Numbered from the stretch's first letter, positions 22,095-32,751 are shown. The stretch is DNA of 64,000 nucleotides from Nitrospirota bacterium (GCA_963737155.1 CAVTRN010000002.1:1280001-1344000), one strand, 5' to 3'. A program made the numbers and translations. The notes: generated by a model not told the origin, from the letters alone.

Positions 22095-23176
22095 GTGAGG
22101 TACCTGTTCGCGTCCATCGGGTCGAACCTCTCGGCCGCCAAAACATTTTCTATGAAATTAAAAACAGATCTTCGCACAGCCGGAGGCAGGTGAGGATACC
22201 AGACTGGACTGCCGATGACCAGCCCACGCCAGGCATAAAACGGAGCAGCAATGTCAAGCATTTCCCGATCGTTCGTCTTGCCGAGATAGTTGTCCCAAAA
22301 TAGGAAAAACATTTTTTCAAATGCACCTTCGAGCTTTCCGGAACGTAGGAGGGATGAGAAAAGGTAGTTGATACTGAGGCAAGTCATGTCGTCGGCCGGT
22401 TCTCCCCATTCACCACGCGATCGGTCCAGCATCGTGAAGTCGGTCCCCTCTCGGAAAAGGAGGTTCCATGGGTGAAAGTCGCCGTGAACCTGGCAAAGGC
22501 GGTGAACGCGGCCTTTCACACGCCAACGCCACTCAACACATTGTTGCTCGATCTTTTTGAGGAGCAGCGTGTCTATGAACTCGAAGGTTTTGGGATAGTT
22601 GTCGATGAGCCCCATAATACACTCGCCGTGGCCCAGCAAATCACGGATCCTCCGCGTGTAAAGCCCGGGGGCGTCGAGTTTCCGCGCGTGGATCCCCACA
22701 AGGCAATCGGAAAGTGCGCGCACGCGGTTTATGTCATCGTCCGTTACTGAGCCTGTGTTCCTGATGCGCTCAAGGTCCTTGAAATATCCTTTCCCGGCGA
22801 CGAATTCGGTGAGCAGGAAGAACTCCTCCGCTTTCCCCGTAGAGATGATGGCGTCCGATATGGAAAATGCCCCGCAATCAAGAGAGCGCACATGGCCCGG
22901 AAGGTTGTTGAAGGCGGAATTCTGCCACAGGATTGCCTGAGCACGGTCTGAAAAATGATCGTGCCCGTAGGTTGAAGGCGCAATGGTTTCGAGCACAACT
23001 TTTCTCCGTCGATTGCCGACCTCAAATTCGATGAATAGCGGCGTGCCGTAGCCAAAGGCCTTGATGTCCTCGCCGGTTTCCTGCTTCCCTTCCGTCGTCA
23101 TGGAAAGAATGCGAACTGAAGCGGCATAGAATGCCTGCAGATAGTTCGCGACTGCCTGGATAGAAATGATTGGCAT
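22091..23176 (-). CDS. Aminoglycoside phosphotransferase (APH)-family kinase
   Basis: HGDFHPWNLL and LDRSRGEWGEPADD; overlaps the next gene by 4 nt. Confidence 0.8.
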   Translation of the reverse strand: MPIISIQAVANYLQAFYAASVRILSMTTEGKQETGEDIKAFGYGTPLFIEFEVGNRRRKVVLETIAPSTYGHDHFSDRAQAILWQNSAFNNLPGHVRSLDCGAFSISDAIISTGKAEEFFLLTEFVAGKGYFKDLERIRNTGSVTDDDINRVRALSDCLVGIHARKLDAPGLYTRRIRDLLGHGECIMGLIDNYPKTFEFIDTLLLKKIEQQCVEWRWRVKGRVHRLCQVHGDFHPWNLLFREGTDFTMLDRSRGEWGEPADDMTCLSINYLFSSLLRSGKLEGAFEKMFFLFWDNYLGKTNDREMLDIAAPFYAWRGLVIGSPVWYPHLPPAVRRSVFNFIENVLAAERFDPMDANRYLT

Positions 23177-23255
23177 GCAGACCTCTCTGCCAGCGCAGTG
23201 CCACTCCGCGATCTCATATCGAGACCCGGGCGGGTTCTGATTATCACCTGAGCCG

Positions 23256-23729
23256 AAAAGCCCGTTTCTTCAGTGTGGTGAAATAAGGCGCTGGTTGCAA
23301 AAGCAACCATGTAAGTATTATTTTTGCAAACAATGCTCCTGCACAAGGACAGACTAAAACGTATCCGCGTTGTGAAAATGGAGGAAAACTACGCGAGCGA
23401 GACTTGTTGCATACAAAATGAAAGACAAAAGTCCGGCCGCGTGTATCACGGAATCTATATTTGCAAACAATGCGGTGCTATAATCAACGCCGACGAGAAC
23501 GGAACAATCAACATCAAAAGGGACCTCCCGGATCAAATAAGAGTCTTCCGGAGTAGTGGCTAAGATCAACTGTTTTGCCTGGAGAATAACCAGGCCCTCA
23601 ATGCAGGTCACAAACCGGAGACATGACAAACATCTCTGCCCCATCCGCGAACAGAATCTGTGGTGACTCTCACCAGCAACATATTTTGATTTGGAAGTCC
23701 TCGGTTTTTCTGGATGGGGAGGATGTGAA
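23256..23729 (+). mobile_element. Decayed IS200/IS605-family (tnpB) element, copy B (internal deletion)
   Basis: Left-end motif, TnpB Zn-ribbon remnant (ENYASETCC...YICKQCGAIINADENGTINI), right end ...ggggaggatgtgaa. Confidence 0.82.
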
Positions 23730-23825
23730 TAGTCTATCATGATTCGAGAAGCAGCGGGTGGATTTTTCCGTTGTCGGAGCAAAGGTGCGAAAGCTCTTCG
23801 GGGAAAATCATTTGCGGAAGAGGAA

Positions 23826-24824
23826 TCAGTTTTCCGCCCCAACCCGCTTTAAAGGGTAACCGTTTATGGGGAGTGGTTCTCCGGGGTTGAAAATATCATT
23901 GCCATAACGGATAAGAAATGTACGGCCGGGAACCTGCTTACTATAGGTGATAATAAGTCGTCCAATGGTATGCTTGATATCCTGGGTGGGGGTACCGCTC
24001 AGCAGGGCGACGGGGCCTGGAAAACCCTGAGGTATGAAAAGATGATACCCGCGTGGCGCTAGATTAATGAGCATACTGTTCTCCCTGTTATCGCGGCCGA
24101 GGACAATTTTGTTACCTTCATCGAATCGGAAGTGGCGCCCCATGGTAAGGAGCCTTACGTCATCTGACGTAACATGCTGTTTTTCGGAGAAAAGGTCGCG
24201 CAATTTTTCAGAGAAATTTTTGTCTGTCAGCAGACATCCACCCGCAGGCGTGGAATAGCCGCGGATACCGTACCGTTCCGCGAGCTGCATCTGCACGGTG
24301 CGTGACCGGCCGCTGATGCCCAGCAGTGTTTCTCTCCAGATGAGGCCGTCCTGTTCGGCTTTGGTCGGTGGCAGAAGGGTTGCCGACAGCGGACGGACAA
24401 TCATGCCGCGCATATCCGCGTCCCGCTCGATGATATGGAACGTGTCACGTCGCTGAGACATGGGCCGCTGACCCAGGACCTCACCAGTAATTACGAAGGA
24501 AGAATTCACTTCCTGCATGACGGATTTGGCGCGCCGCAGCATGAGAATTTTGCAGTCTATGCAGGGGTTTATGTTCTTTCCGTAACCGTGAACGGGTTTC
24601 CGGACCAGGTCGATGTATTCCTGCCCCATATCGAAGATGCGGAGATCGATGCCGATGGCTTTTGATACACGGGCGGCATGGGTTTCATCCTCGTTACCAT
24701 AACTCTTGGAAAACGCGGATGTGAAGTAAAGCCCGATCACATCAAAACCCTGCTCCATGATAACCTTGGCTGCTAGCACGCTGTCCAGGCCGCCCGAGAT
24801 GAGAGCGACTGCTTTTTTGCTCAC
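23826..24824 (-). CDS. ThiI/MnmA-like PP-loop tRNA-modifying protein (DUF814-like C-terminus)
   Basis: ISGGLDS, NPCIDCK, TGEVLGQRPMSQ, PAGGCLLTD, GRHFR. Confidence 0.85.
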   Translation of the reverse strand: MSKKAVALISGGLDSVLAAKVIMEQGFDVIGLYFTSAFSKSYGNEDETHAARVSKAIGIDLRIFDMGQEYIDLVRKPVHGYGKNINPCIDCKILMLRRAKSVMQEVNSSFVITGEVLGQRPMSQRRDTFHIIERDADMRGMIVRPLSATLLPPTKAEQDGLIWRETLLGISGRSRTVQMQLAERYGIRGYSTPAGGCLLTDKNFSEKLRDLFSEKQHVTSDDVRLLTMGRHFRFDEGNKIVLGRDNRENSMLINLAPRGYHLFIPQGFPGPVALLSGTPTQDIKHTIGRLIITYSKQVPGRTFLIRYGNDIFNPGEPLPINGYPLKRVGAEN

Positions 24825-24988
24825 GACAATTTCCTCCTTGACGAATTTGCAACATTATAAATCTCCGGCCATCGGTTTAGCAATAGAGAAGAACGTATTC
24901 GGAAATATTTATAATAGTTCGATAAAAAGCAGGGATAGTCGGCAACGTGTATAATTGTCATTAAGAAGCATGAAGAGGAGGGGCAATT

Positions 24989-25525
24989 ATGGCGATATGG
25001 ACGATTGATCCGGACCATTCCTGTGCGGCATTTGCTGTCAGGCACTTGGCTCTCGCTAATGTACGCGGCCAATTCACGAATCTTAAAGGTACCATCAATT
25101 TTGATCCTGCTGACAAATCGCATGCATCGGTAAATGTTGACATAGATGTTGCCAGCGTAAATACGGGCGTCACGAAGCGCAATGAACACCTACTAACGGC
25201 AGATTTTTTCGACCGGGAGAAGTACCCGACCATTGAATTTAAGAGCTTATCAATTGATTTTCTATTGGACAATCACTGTCACGTAAGCGGTAACCTGACG
25301 ATCCATGGCACGACCCTACCGGTTACGTTTGAAGGTGAATATGCGGGGCCGCGAAGGAATCCGTATGGAGATGAAACCACTATAGGATTTTCCGGCACTA
25401 TCACGATCAATCGTGAAGATTTCGGAATCCTGTGGGGAAGTGAGCCTATGGAGGGCGGGGGACTGGTTGTGGGGAAAGAAGTCCATATTTACCTAGATGT
25501 TGAGGCTGATATATCAGATAAATAA
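24989..25525 (+). CDS. YceI-family protein
   Basis: WTIDPDHS...VRH...VRGQF, RNEHL...FFD...YPTI.F, GNLTIHG. Confidence 0.92.
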   Translation: MAIWTIDPDHSCAAFAVRHLALANVRGQFTNLKGTINFDPADKSHASVNVDIDVASVNTGVTKRNEHLLTADFFDREKYPTIEFKSLSIDFLLDNHCHVSGNLTIHGTTLPVTFEGEYAGPRRNPYGDETTIGFSGTITINREDFGILWGSEPMEGGGLVVGKEVHIYLDVEADISDK

Positions 25526-26016
25526 CATATATTAACGGTTTAGTGGGGTTTATGCATTGTCGATATGAACGCCTTCACTGTTGTTTAGTTACGGGTTTTT
25601 GAGGATTGACGGGTTTATCGAGATGGCGCCATAATTTTGAGGCCCGGGAGGAACGGACATATGTATCAGGCGTCTTCTCCGATGCGTCATCAATTGTCAA
25701 TGAGTAATTGAGAACGCAGAAAAGTATAGGGATTAAGGAGTAAATGAATAAAAATCAAGACAGCAGGTAGGAAAATTGCAACGGAGAGTCCAGTGGACAC
25801 AGAGAAAGGATATGAAAGTTGTTTGAAAAACTCACCTCTTTTTGTATTTTTCCCCCATCTTGCCTCTGTGACATAATCTTTTCTGGTTCATACCCATTAG
25901 TGTTATTTCACCTCCTCATGAATAATTCAGATTTCTGATATTAGAAGGCAAAAGTGAAATGTAGGTTAGAACTCCGATATCACTCGTTGTATTATCGTAA
26001 CAAACTTAATTTACAA

Positions 26017-26045
26017 TTGACTTCCCCAGCACATCTTGCTAATAT
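26017..26045 (+). promoter_or_regulatory. Sigma70-type promoter upstream of the pilM-like operon
   Basis: TTGACT-17 nt-TAATAT. Confidence 0.55.
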
Positions 26046-26225
26046 AACAAACTGCTTCTGGGTTTAGTGTGGGATACTACCAAATGGTGCCAACATTTGG
26101 CTTCCTCAAACTGCATAAGCGATTGAGAATATAGATAATTCCTATTCAATATCCAGGGGTTCTGCTCTGTTTCTCATGCGTTATTTTGGGCTACCCGCAC
26201 TCATTCCGGAAGGACCTATAATACG

Positions 26226-27173
26226 ATGTTTCGATTTGCTGTGCGAAAACCTGTCTTGGGAATAGAAATATGTGATTCCGCAGTGCGTCTGGCGGCTCTT
26301 TCGGGAAAGGGAGCAGGTCTCTCTGTGGATTATATGAAGATGGCCGATCTGCCCTCTGGGATGGTAACCGCAGGCTATGCATCACCGAATATAATCGACA
26401 CCAAGGGGCTTGCGCAGACACTGCATGCATGTCTGCCCGACTCCTCGCGGTCTGTTCGTCGATGCGCCCTCAGCCTTCCCGATAGTGTGTTCCGCGTCCA
26501 AGTGCTCGATTTCGATCAGCTTCCGTCAAAACATGAGGAACGCGAGCGGCTTATCAGATGGCGCATCGAAAAAACCGCTGCGTTTGACCTGACCGAAACA
26601 GTCCTTCGCTACCAGGAATTGCCGAAAAAAGGAAAAGGGTTTGCCCTATTGGTCTGTGTGGCGAAGCAGGCGGTCATCGCGCAGTATGAAACGGTGCTTC
26701 AGGAGGCGGGGTTCGAACCGTGGAGTATCGGTATATCCTCTTTCCATATCCTAAACTTCTATTACCCCCTCCTGGCGAAAAAATCATCTGTTTTTGCTCT
26801 CACTCATCTTACAGAAGAGTCCTTCACGACCATCATAGACGAGGGAGGGAGAACCCAGTATTTCCGGTATAAAGAGCTGAAGCGGGGAAATCCGGTGGAG
26901 ATCAGAACCCGCTTCATGCGCGAGATCGAGGATTCCCTCCACTTTTATACCCACCGGGACCGCATGCAGACCTGTGAAATACAGCAACTCTATCTGACTG
27001 GCGAATCAACGTTATCCTTCGAACTTGCCAAAGGACTGAGCACGATTTCATCACTCAATGTCGAAGTATTGTCTCCCGACGACATCATTGCGCGGAGCGG
27101 GCGCGAAGGGACCGCTGTATCCTATCCGGCGGTCATGGCGGCGACGCTGGGCGCCGGGGGTGCATTATGGTAA
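26226..27173 (+). CDS. PilM-like (actin-fold) assembly protein
   Basis: LGIEI, ALSLPD, LYLTG motifs; first gene of a PilMNO-secretin cluster. Confidence 0.75.
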   Translation: MFRFAVRKPVLGIEICDSAVRLAALSGKGAGLSVDYMKMADLPSGMVTAGYASPNIIDTKGLAQTLHACLPDSSRSVRRCALSLPDSVFRVQVLDFDQLPSKHEERERLIRWRIEKTAAFDLTETVLRYQELPKKGKGFALLVCVAKQAVIAQYETVLQEAGFEPWSIGISSFHILNFYYPLLAKKSSVFALTHLTEESFTTIIDEGGRTQYFRYKELKRGNPVEIRTRFMREIEDSLHFYTHRDRMQTCEIQQLYLTGESTLSFELAKGLSTISSLNVEVLSPDDIIARSGREGTAVSYPAVMAATLGAGGALW

Positions 27174-27712
27174 CCATCAATTTCGCAAGCAGAAATTACC
27201 GCGCTGTTGCGTCCGCCGTGCGGGTGCTGTTCGGGGCGGCTGTTGTACTTGCCCTCATTGCATTGGGTATGCTCTGGAAATCTGCATTGCTGCGTAAGGA
27301 CTTATCCGAGATGAATCAGAAACTCACAGTTGCGGAGACAGAAGACAAGCAGGTGAAGTTCACGCTGCTCGAACGTGAAAAGCTCGTGAATGACCTCAAT
27401 GAGATGTCTGGCCTAGTCGAAGCGCGAAAGTTTTCATGGACACTTGTTTTCACGAGTCTTGAGGAGGCCGTACCTACAGGGGTGGCGCTCAAGAATGTAA
27501 CGTTCAGTCCGAAGGACCGGATACTCAGCATCGAGGGGATGGCGCAGTCGCCGGAGGCTCTTCGCGATCTGATGGTAGGACTAGAGAAATCGACTTCCTT
27601 CACCAAGCCGTATTTGAAACATCAGTCACTAGAAAAGGGGATTCTCTCATTCAATGTGGTCGCGGTATATCAAAAGCATAAGAACTCCGGCATGGCTGAA
27701 CTGGAAAGATAA
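27167..27712 (+). CDS. PilN-domain protein
   Basis: INFAS N-terminus, TM helix, coiled coil, SW...LE..VP.GV.L. Confidence 0.78.
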   Translation: MVTINFASRNYRAVASAVRVLFGAAVVLALIALGMLWKSALLRKDLSEMNQKLTVAETEDKQVKFTLLEREKLVNDLNEMSGLVEARKFSWTLVFTSLEEAVPTGVALKNVTFSPKDRILSIEGMAQSPEALRDLMVGLEKSTSFTKPYLKHQSLEKGILSFNVVAVYQKHKNSGMAELER

Positions 27713-28196
27713 AAGACTTCGCGCAGCTTTGCTGTTTTTTGTGGGGTTCTTTGTTCTGGATCTCGTTCTGTACAACGCGTTCATTGTGCCCCCTGCGTCA
27801 GAGCTTTCTGCCGGCGAGGTTCGGTACCGCATACTGAGAAAAAGACATGTCGAAGCGGTGCTGTTCAACAAGCAAAAAAACGCGTTCAAAGGGATCATTA
27901 AGGGGATGCCTGCTCAACAGGATATGCCGCTTCTGCTCAAGAGCCTCGTGCAAATGGCACACCAGCTAAACCTGTCGGTGTCCTCGGTAAAGTATGACAT
28001 CCCGCAGGAGAGCGGGGAATTTACCATGCTGTCCTTCTCTTTCCCGGCGGAAGGACAGTACGGCAATGTAAAGCGATTCATTTACGATGTGGAAACCTCG
28101 GATCGGTTGGTTGGCATCCAGGAATTGAAAATGGACTCGGATAATGGCTTGGTGAAAATGGAGATGAAACTCCTCACCTATATCAAGGGACAATGA
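27654..28196 (+). CDS. PilO/GspM-like protein
   Basis: TM helix; EGQYGNVKRFIYDVE pattern; operon position. Confidence 0.72.
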   Translation: MWSRYIKSIRTPAWLNWKDKRLRAALLFFVGFFVLDLVLYNAFIVPPASELSAGEVRYRILRKRHVEAVLFNKQKNAFKGIIKGMPAQQDMPLLLKSLVQMAHQLNLSVSSVKYDIPQESGEFTMLSFSFPAEGQYGNVKRFIYDVETSDRLVGIQELKMDSDNGLVKMEMKLLTYIKGQ

Positions 28197-28894
28197 GCGC
28201 GATGTTCAAACTTTCACAAGAACAGGAAAAAAAAGTACTGGCCGCCGTGCTTGCAGTCCTGATGCTTCTCATAATCTACCGCGTGGAGACGGCGGACAAG
28301 CCCAGAACCGCTCCGCTCGCCTATGCACCCGGAGCAGTCGCTCATTCCGGCATACGGCAGGAGCCGGAGGATGCCGCATCTAACGCCGATCCCTTGAACG
28401 TGTTTCTCGCGAGGAGCGAGGAAAAATTCCCCGGTGTTTCACGGGACATTTTCAGGATGGCAAACCCGGCGCCCAAGCCGAAACTGAAGCCAGTTGTTGC
28501 GCTTCCTCCTCCTCCGCCTCCCGTTCCACAGAGGACTCCCGAGGAAATTGCCGCAGACCAGGCCCGTGCCGACCTCGCCAAGTTCCAGTTCCTCGGGTAT
28601 CTAACCTCTAAAGACAAAACCCTTTTTTTGTCCAAGGATGGGGAGCTGTTTGTCGTGCAAATCGGAGACAAACTGCTTAAGAGCTACCAGGTGAAAGAAG
28701 CGAGCGCGGACTACGTTGAACTTATCGATACGGCCACGAAAGTGGCGGTGCGCGTCGGTTTGGCGGGAGCAGGGCCATCGTTCGTGCCCTATGCTACGGT
28801 GCAGCATCAGCAGACGCAGCCGAATCCAGATACGACGCAGCAGCCTCCGGTGACCCGGCAAATACTGCGAAGGTTGAGGGGTGTCAGAAACTGA
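28193..28894 (+). CDS. T2SS accessory protein (PilP/GspC-like), Pro-rich
   Basis: TM, RDIF, poly-Pro, F.FLG.....FLSKDGELFVV..GD. Confidence 0.6.
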   Translation: MSAMFKLSQEQEKKVLAAVLAVLMLLIIYRVETADKPRTAPLAYAPGAVAHSGIRQEPEDAASNADPLNVFLARSEEKFPGVSRDIFRMANPAPKPKLKPVVALPPPPPPVPQRTPEEIAADQARADLAKFQFLGYLTSKDKTLFLSKDGELFVVQIGDKLLKSYQVKEASADYVELIDTATKVAVRVGLAGAGPSFVPYATVQHQQTQPNPDTTQQPPVTRQILRRLRGVRN

Positions 28895-29034
28895 AGAGAA
28901 TGTTCCCTGGCTGTCCTGAAACCGGCTGGCCGATAAAGCTTTTTACGCAAGATTAGATCACATCGCTTCGGGTGGATAGGCTTATTCTTTCTCCCCGAGT
29001 TTGGACTGATGAAAAGGTTAAAGCGAGGAGGCTG

Positions 29035-31467
29035 ATGATGAAAAGGATTATGCTGCAGCTGACAGCTTTGGTGCTCTCAGCGTTGCTGCTGAGCTGCGCC
29101 GGCTCACAGTCGTTCCTGCGGGGAGAGCGGTATGCCGACCGAGGCGACTGGGACCTAGCGGTGAAAGAATACCGGGATGCCCTCAAACGCCAGCCTACCG
29201 ATATCGAGTACCGCTCGGCCTTGATCCGTGCCGAAGAAACGGCGGCGAACCAGCACCATAAAAAGGCGACGGATTTTCTTAAGGAGGGAAAACTCGACCA
29301 GGCTATCACGGAGCTACAAGAGGCCATCTACATGAATCCCACAGACCTGGCGGTTCAAAGCGAACTCAAATCTGCCTTCAATATAAAACAGGCCGAGGAA
29401 GACTATCGCACATCCCTCACTTTCGTGGAACTTAATAGGCTTGGCGAGGCCATCAACGAAATAAACCATGCCATCGAACTGGACCCCGAAAACGTAAAAT
29501 ATCTTGATTTCCTAAACAACCTCCAGAAAAAGAAGACCGAAAGCGGACCCGAGAATGCACTTTCCCTCGCATCGAATCAGCCCATCACGCTTAATTTCAA
29601 AAGCACCAATATCAAGGATGTCTTCGAATTTCTCTCAAAACTATCGGGCATCAACATTCTTTTCGATGAAGATGTAAAGGCACAGCCCGTTACCGTTTTC
29701 GTGAAGGATGTCTCATTCCAGTATGCCCTTAACCTACTCCTTTCAACAAACAAGCTTTTCATGAAGCAAATCAGCGCCGATACCATCATTATCATTCCGA
29801 TGAACAAGGCAAAGATTGATCAGTACCAGGACTTGGAGGTCAAAACCTTCTATATCAACAATGCAAAAGCTAAGGATATGATAAATGTAATCCGAACTAT
29901 GCTCGATATCAAGAAGGCATATGTGAACGAGACTTTGAATTCAATCACGATCAGGGAAACACCAGACAAAATGAAGCTGGTGGCGAAGGTCATAGCCGCC
30001 AACGATCTCAAGGAGGCTGAAGTCATCCTTGACATCGAAATCCTCGAGATTTCACGCAACAATTCGCTAAGTTACGGTTGGAACTTCCAGCCGGGTCTGT
30101 CCGCAACCGCCTCTATAGCGCCATTGAATACCACTACTGCTGCTGTCACGACATCGAGCACGGGGGCGGTCGCTCTGAGCCAGCTCACGCACCTAAACGG
30201 TGATAGCGTGTTCGTCTCGGTACCCAGCCTCGTCGTGAATATGATCAAGCTGGATTCGGACGCTCAGACACTGGCGAACCCGCGGGTACGCGTGATGAAT
30301 CACCAAATGGCAAAATTTCATATTGGGGACAAAATCCCGGTTCAGACATCAACCATCCAATCTACTGCCACGGCGGCAGTTACCTCGACCTTCGAGTATA
30401 AGGATATCGGCATCAAGCTCAATATTGAACCGATAATCCATCTCAATAATACGGTCACTTTAAAGCTTGGTTTGGAGGTCAGCACCCTCGGCGCCCCTCT
30501 GACTTTTGGAAACGGCCAGACACAGTATGAGTTCGGAACGCGGAACGTCGATACAATCATGAATCTTCGCGACGGAGAGACTGTGATCATCGGAGGCCTG
30601 ATCCAGGACAACGAGTCGAAGACGATGTCAAAAATCCCAATCCTGGGTGACCTCCCGGTTTTGGGCAAGCTTTTCTCGTCGACGGACAACGAGGGGGTTA
30701 AAACGGACGTTCTCATGTCAATCACGCCGAATATCGTGAGCAATATGGAGCTTCCTGATAAGGATACGCAGCTTTTCTGGTCAGGAACGGAAGATCAATT
30801 CGACATCAAACCGATCTTCGCCTCCGAGACAGGCAATAGCACAAAAGCGGTTGAAAAGCCCTATGACAAGGCTGCACTGCTGGATCTCCTGAGTCAGCGG
30901 GAACAGGCCGGCGTCGCCGGAACGAAGCAAGCGCTTGTGTCGGCGCCGGTAGCGACCGCGGCTGGACAACAGGCCGGCGTAGCCGGAACGAAGCAAGCAC
31001 TAGTCTCGGCACCGGTCGTGACTGCGGCGGGGCAACCGCCAGCCGGCGCTCTGGAGGCGCTCACGGAAGTGAAGCCGGCCGAAATTGCTTTTCCCGTGGG
31101 CCAGGACGCGCGGTTTGAGATTTCTACGGGAACTGTCAAGGGCCTTTACGGCGCGATCATGACCCTGAGCTACGATCCTCTGATCGTGGATTTCAAATCT
31201 GCTAGTGAAGGCACGCTCTTGAAAAAAGACGGCCAGCAAACGTCATTTCTGTTTTCAAACAATGCGAAGGCGGGCACTGTGGATATTTACATGACTCGCA
31301 TCGGCAATGTGGGCGGCATAAACGGTTCCGGAACGCTCTGCGATATCGTATTCCAGGGGAAAACCGCTGGAACGAGCGAACTTCATGTAACGACCGTGAA
31401 GCTGACGAATTCGAATCACGAGCCGATCAAAACCGGCACCAAGGGCGCTCGGCTGACCGTGAAATAA
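29035..31467 (+). CDS. Secretin (GspD/PulD-like) lipoprotein with N-terminal TPRs and C-terminal cohesin-like domain
   Basis: Lipobox LLLSC, TPR helices, LANPRVRV, LRDGETVIIGGLI, KIPILGDLPVLGKLFS. Confidence 0.9.
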   Translation: MMKRIMLQLTALVLSALLLSCAGSQSFLRGERYADRGDWDLAVKEYRDALKRQPTDIEYRSALIRAEETAANQHHKKATDFLKEGKLDQAITELQEAIYMNPTDLAVQSELKSAFNIKQAEEDYRTSLTFVELNRLGEAINEINHAIELDPENVKYLDFLNNLQKKKTESGPENALSLASNQPITLNFKSTNIKDVFEFLSKLSGINILFDEDVKAQPVTVFVKDVSFQYALNLLLSTNKLFMKQISADTIIIIPMNKAKIDQYQDLEVKTFYINNAKAKDMINVIRTMLDIKKAYVNETLNSITIRETPDKMKLVAKVIAANDLKEAEVILDIEILEISRNNSLSYGWNFQPGLSATASIAPLNTTTAAVTTSSTGAVALSQLTHLNGDSVFVSVPSLVVNMIKLDSDAQTLANPRVRVMNHQMAKFHIGDKIPVQTSTIQSTATAAVTSTFEYKDIGIKLNIEPIIHLNNTVTLKLGLEVSTLGAPLTFGNGQTQYEFGTRNVDTIMNLRDGETVIIGGLIQDNESKTMSKIPILGDLPVLGKLFSSTDNEGVKTDVLMSITPNIVSNMELPDKDTQLFWSGTEDQFDIKPIFASETGNSTKAVEKPYDKAALLDLLSQREQAGVAGTKQALVSAPVATAAGQQAGVAGTKQALVSAPVVTAAGQPPAGALEALTEVKPAEIAFPVGQDARFEISTGTVKGLYGAIMTLSYDPLIVDFKSASEGTLLKKDGQQTSFLFSNNAKAGTVDIYMTRIGNVGGINGSGTLCDIVFQGKTAGTSELHVTTVKLTNSNHEPIKTGTKGARLTVK
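30904..31035 (+). repeat. 66-bp tandem duplication in secretin linker
   Basis: QAGVAGTKQALVSAPVATAAGQ / QAGVAGTKQALVSAPVVTAAGQ. Confidence 0.9.
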
Positions 31468-31572
31468 GTTATAGAAATGCGGAAAATGGAAGAACAGACG
31501 GGACACCCCTTTTTATGCTTCCCTTCGGGCGGAAAGACCGAAGGGTCGAAGGACTGCGGAAAAGGGGAATTC

Positions 31573-32052
31573 ATGTGCCGCGGCTTTACCTTAATCGAAA
31601 TGATCGTCGTGATGGTGATCATGGGGATTCTCGCAAGCGCAGTATTACCTTTGTCGCGCATGACCGCAAAACGTGCGAAAGAAATAGAGCTTAGAAGCGG
31701 TCTAAGAACGCTGCGTACGGCGATCGATGCGTTCCAGAAAGACTGTATCGAGAAAAGACTGGCAAGTGATTATTGCGATCCCGAGCAGGATAATTACCCT
31801 GAATCGCTCGAACAGTTGACGAAGCCTCTGGATTTGACCGGCTCGGTAGCAGGCAAAACCAAAAAGTATTTGAGGACAATTCCGCGCGATCCCATGACTC
31901 CGCTTGATTCGCCCGACAATCCAAACAACTGGGGTCTTCGTTCCTACAGCGATGAGCCTGATTCCGCGCAATGGGGCGGCGGCAATGTATTCGACATTTA
32001 TTCGAAAAGCGACGGGATCGCGCTCGATGGGTCTAAATACAGTACGTGGTAA
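31573..32052 (+). CDS. Type II secretion pseudopilin (GspG-like)
   Basis: GFTLIEM prepilin motif; KYLRTIPRDPM, Y..W C-terminus. Confidence 0.88.
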   Translation: MCRGFTLIEMIVVMVIMGILASAVLPLSRMTAKRAKEIELRSGLRTLRTAIDAFQKDCIEKRLASDYCDPEQDNYPESLEQLTKPLDLTGSVAGKTKKYLRTIPRDPMTPLDSPDNPNNWGLRSYSDEPDSAQWGGGNVFDIYSKSDGIALDGSKYSTW

Positions 32053-32072
32053 CTGCACGTGCGGAATGAAAA

Positions 32073-32471
32073 ATGATGAAACGGTTATTGTCCCAAAAAG
32101 GGTTTACGCTTCTTGAACTTATGATCGTTCTGTCGATCATCGGCGTTCTTATTACGATTGCCCAACCGGACCTCAAGCGGTCCATCATTAAAGCGCGTGA
32201 GACGGTTCTCAGAGAGGATTTGTTCCAGATGCGCGATGCCATTGATCAGTATTACTCAGATAACGGGAAATATCCAGCCAACCTGGCTGATCTGATCAAT
32301 ACCCAGGAACATGGAAAGAGCTACCTGCGGGACATACCGAAAGATCCTTTTACCGGTGATTCCAATTGGATAATTGTGGCCCCCGAAGAGAGCGACGAAG
32401 GAGGCGTCTTGGATGTGCACAGCGCAAGCCCTTTTCTCGCCTTGGACAACACTCCGTACAACACCTGGTAA
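32073..32471 (+). CDS. Type II secretion pseudopilin (GspG-like)
   Basis: GFTLLEL; AIDQYYSD.GKYP..L.DL; YLRDIP.DP. Confidence 0.9.
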   Translation: MMKRLLSQKGFTLLELMIVLSIIGVLITIAQPDLKRSIIKARETVLREDLFQMRDAIDQYYSDNGKYPANLADLINTQEHGKSYLRDIPKDPFTGDSNWIIVAPEESDEGGVLDVHSASPFLALDNTPYNTW

Positions 32472-32751
32472 TATTTACGTCAAGCCGCCAAATCTGTTTC
32501 ATTTACAAACATCTTCCGTCCACTCGATCCTTCTGTCCAAGATTAGAGCATTGGCAATGCAGCAGATCGTTGATCTTAGGACCGAAATGATTATGCCAAT
32601 ATGCAGATGATCCCGTTCTGGCAGCATCTTTCGCCGACCTACGACGCCTTTCAGTCCTGGTAAAGTATTTTCTTTTTATCTTGGCTTCTTCCGCAAAGGC
32701 TTTCTTAAAAAAAGCTTGCAACCTCAAAGTAAAATCAGTAATATTACAAAC

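Noticed and set aside
32503-32727. Minus-strand basic ORF resembling ribosomal bS21
   Set aside because: No RBS or bS21 N-terminus; it overlaps a plausible TTGCAA-17-TAATAT promoter of the DUF502 gene
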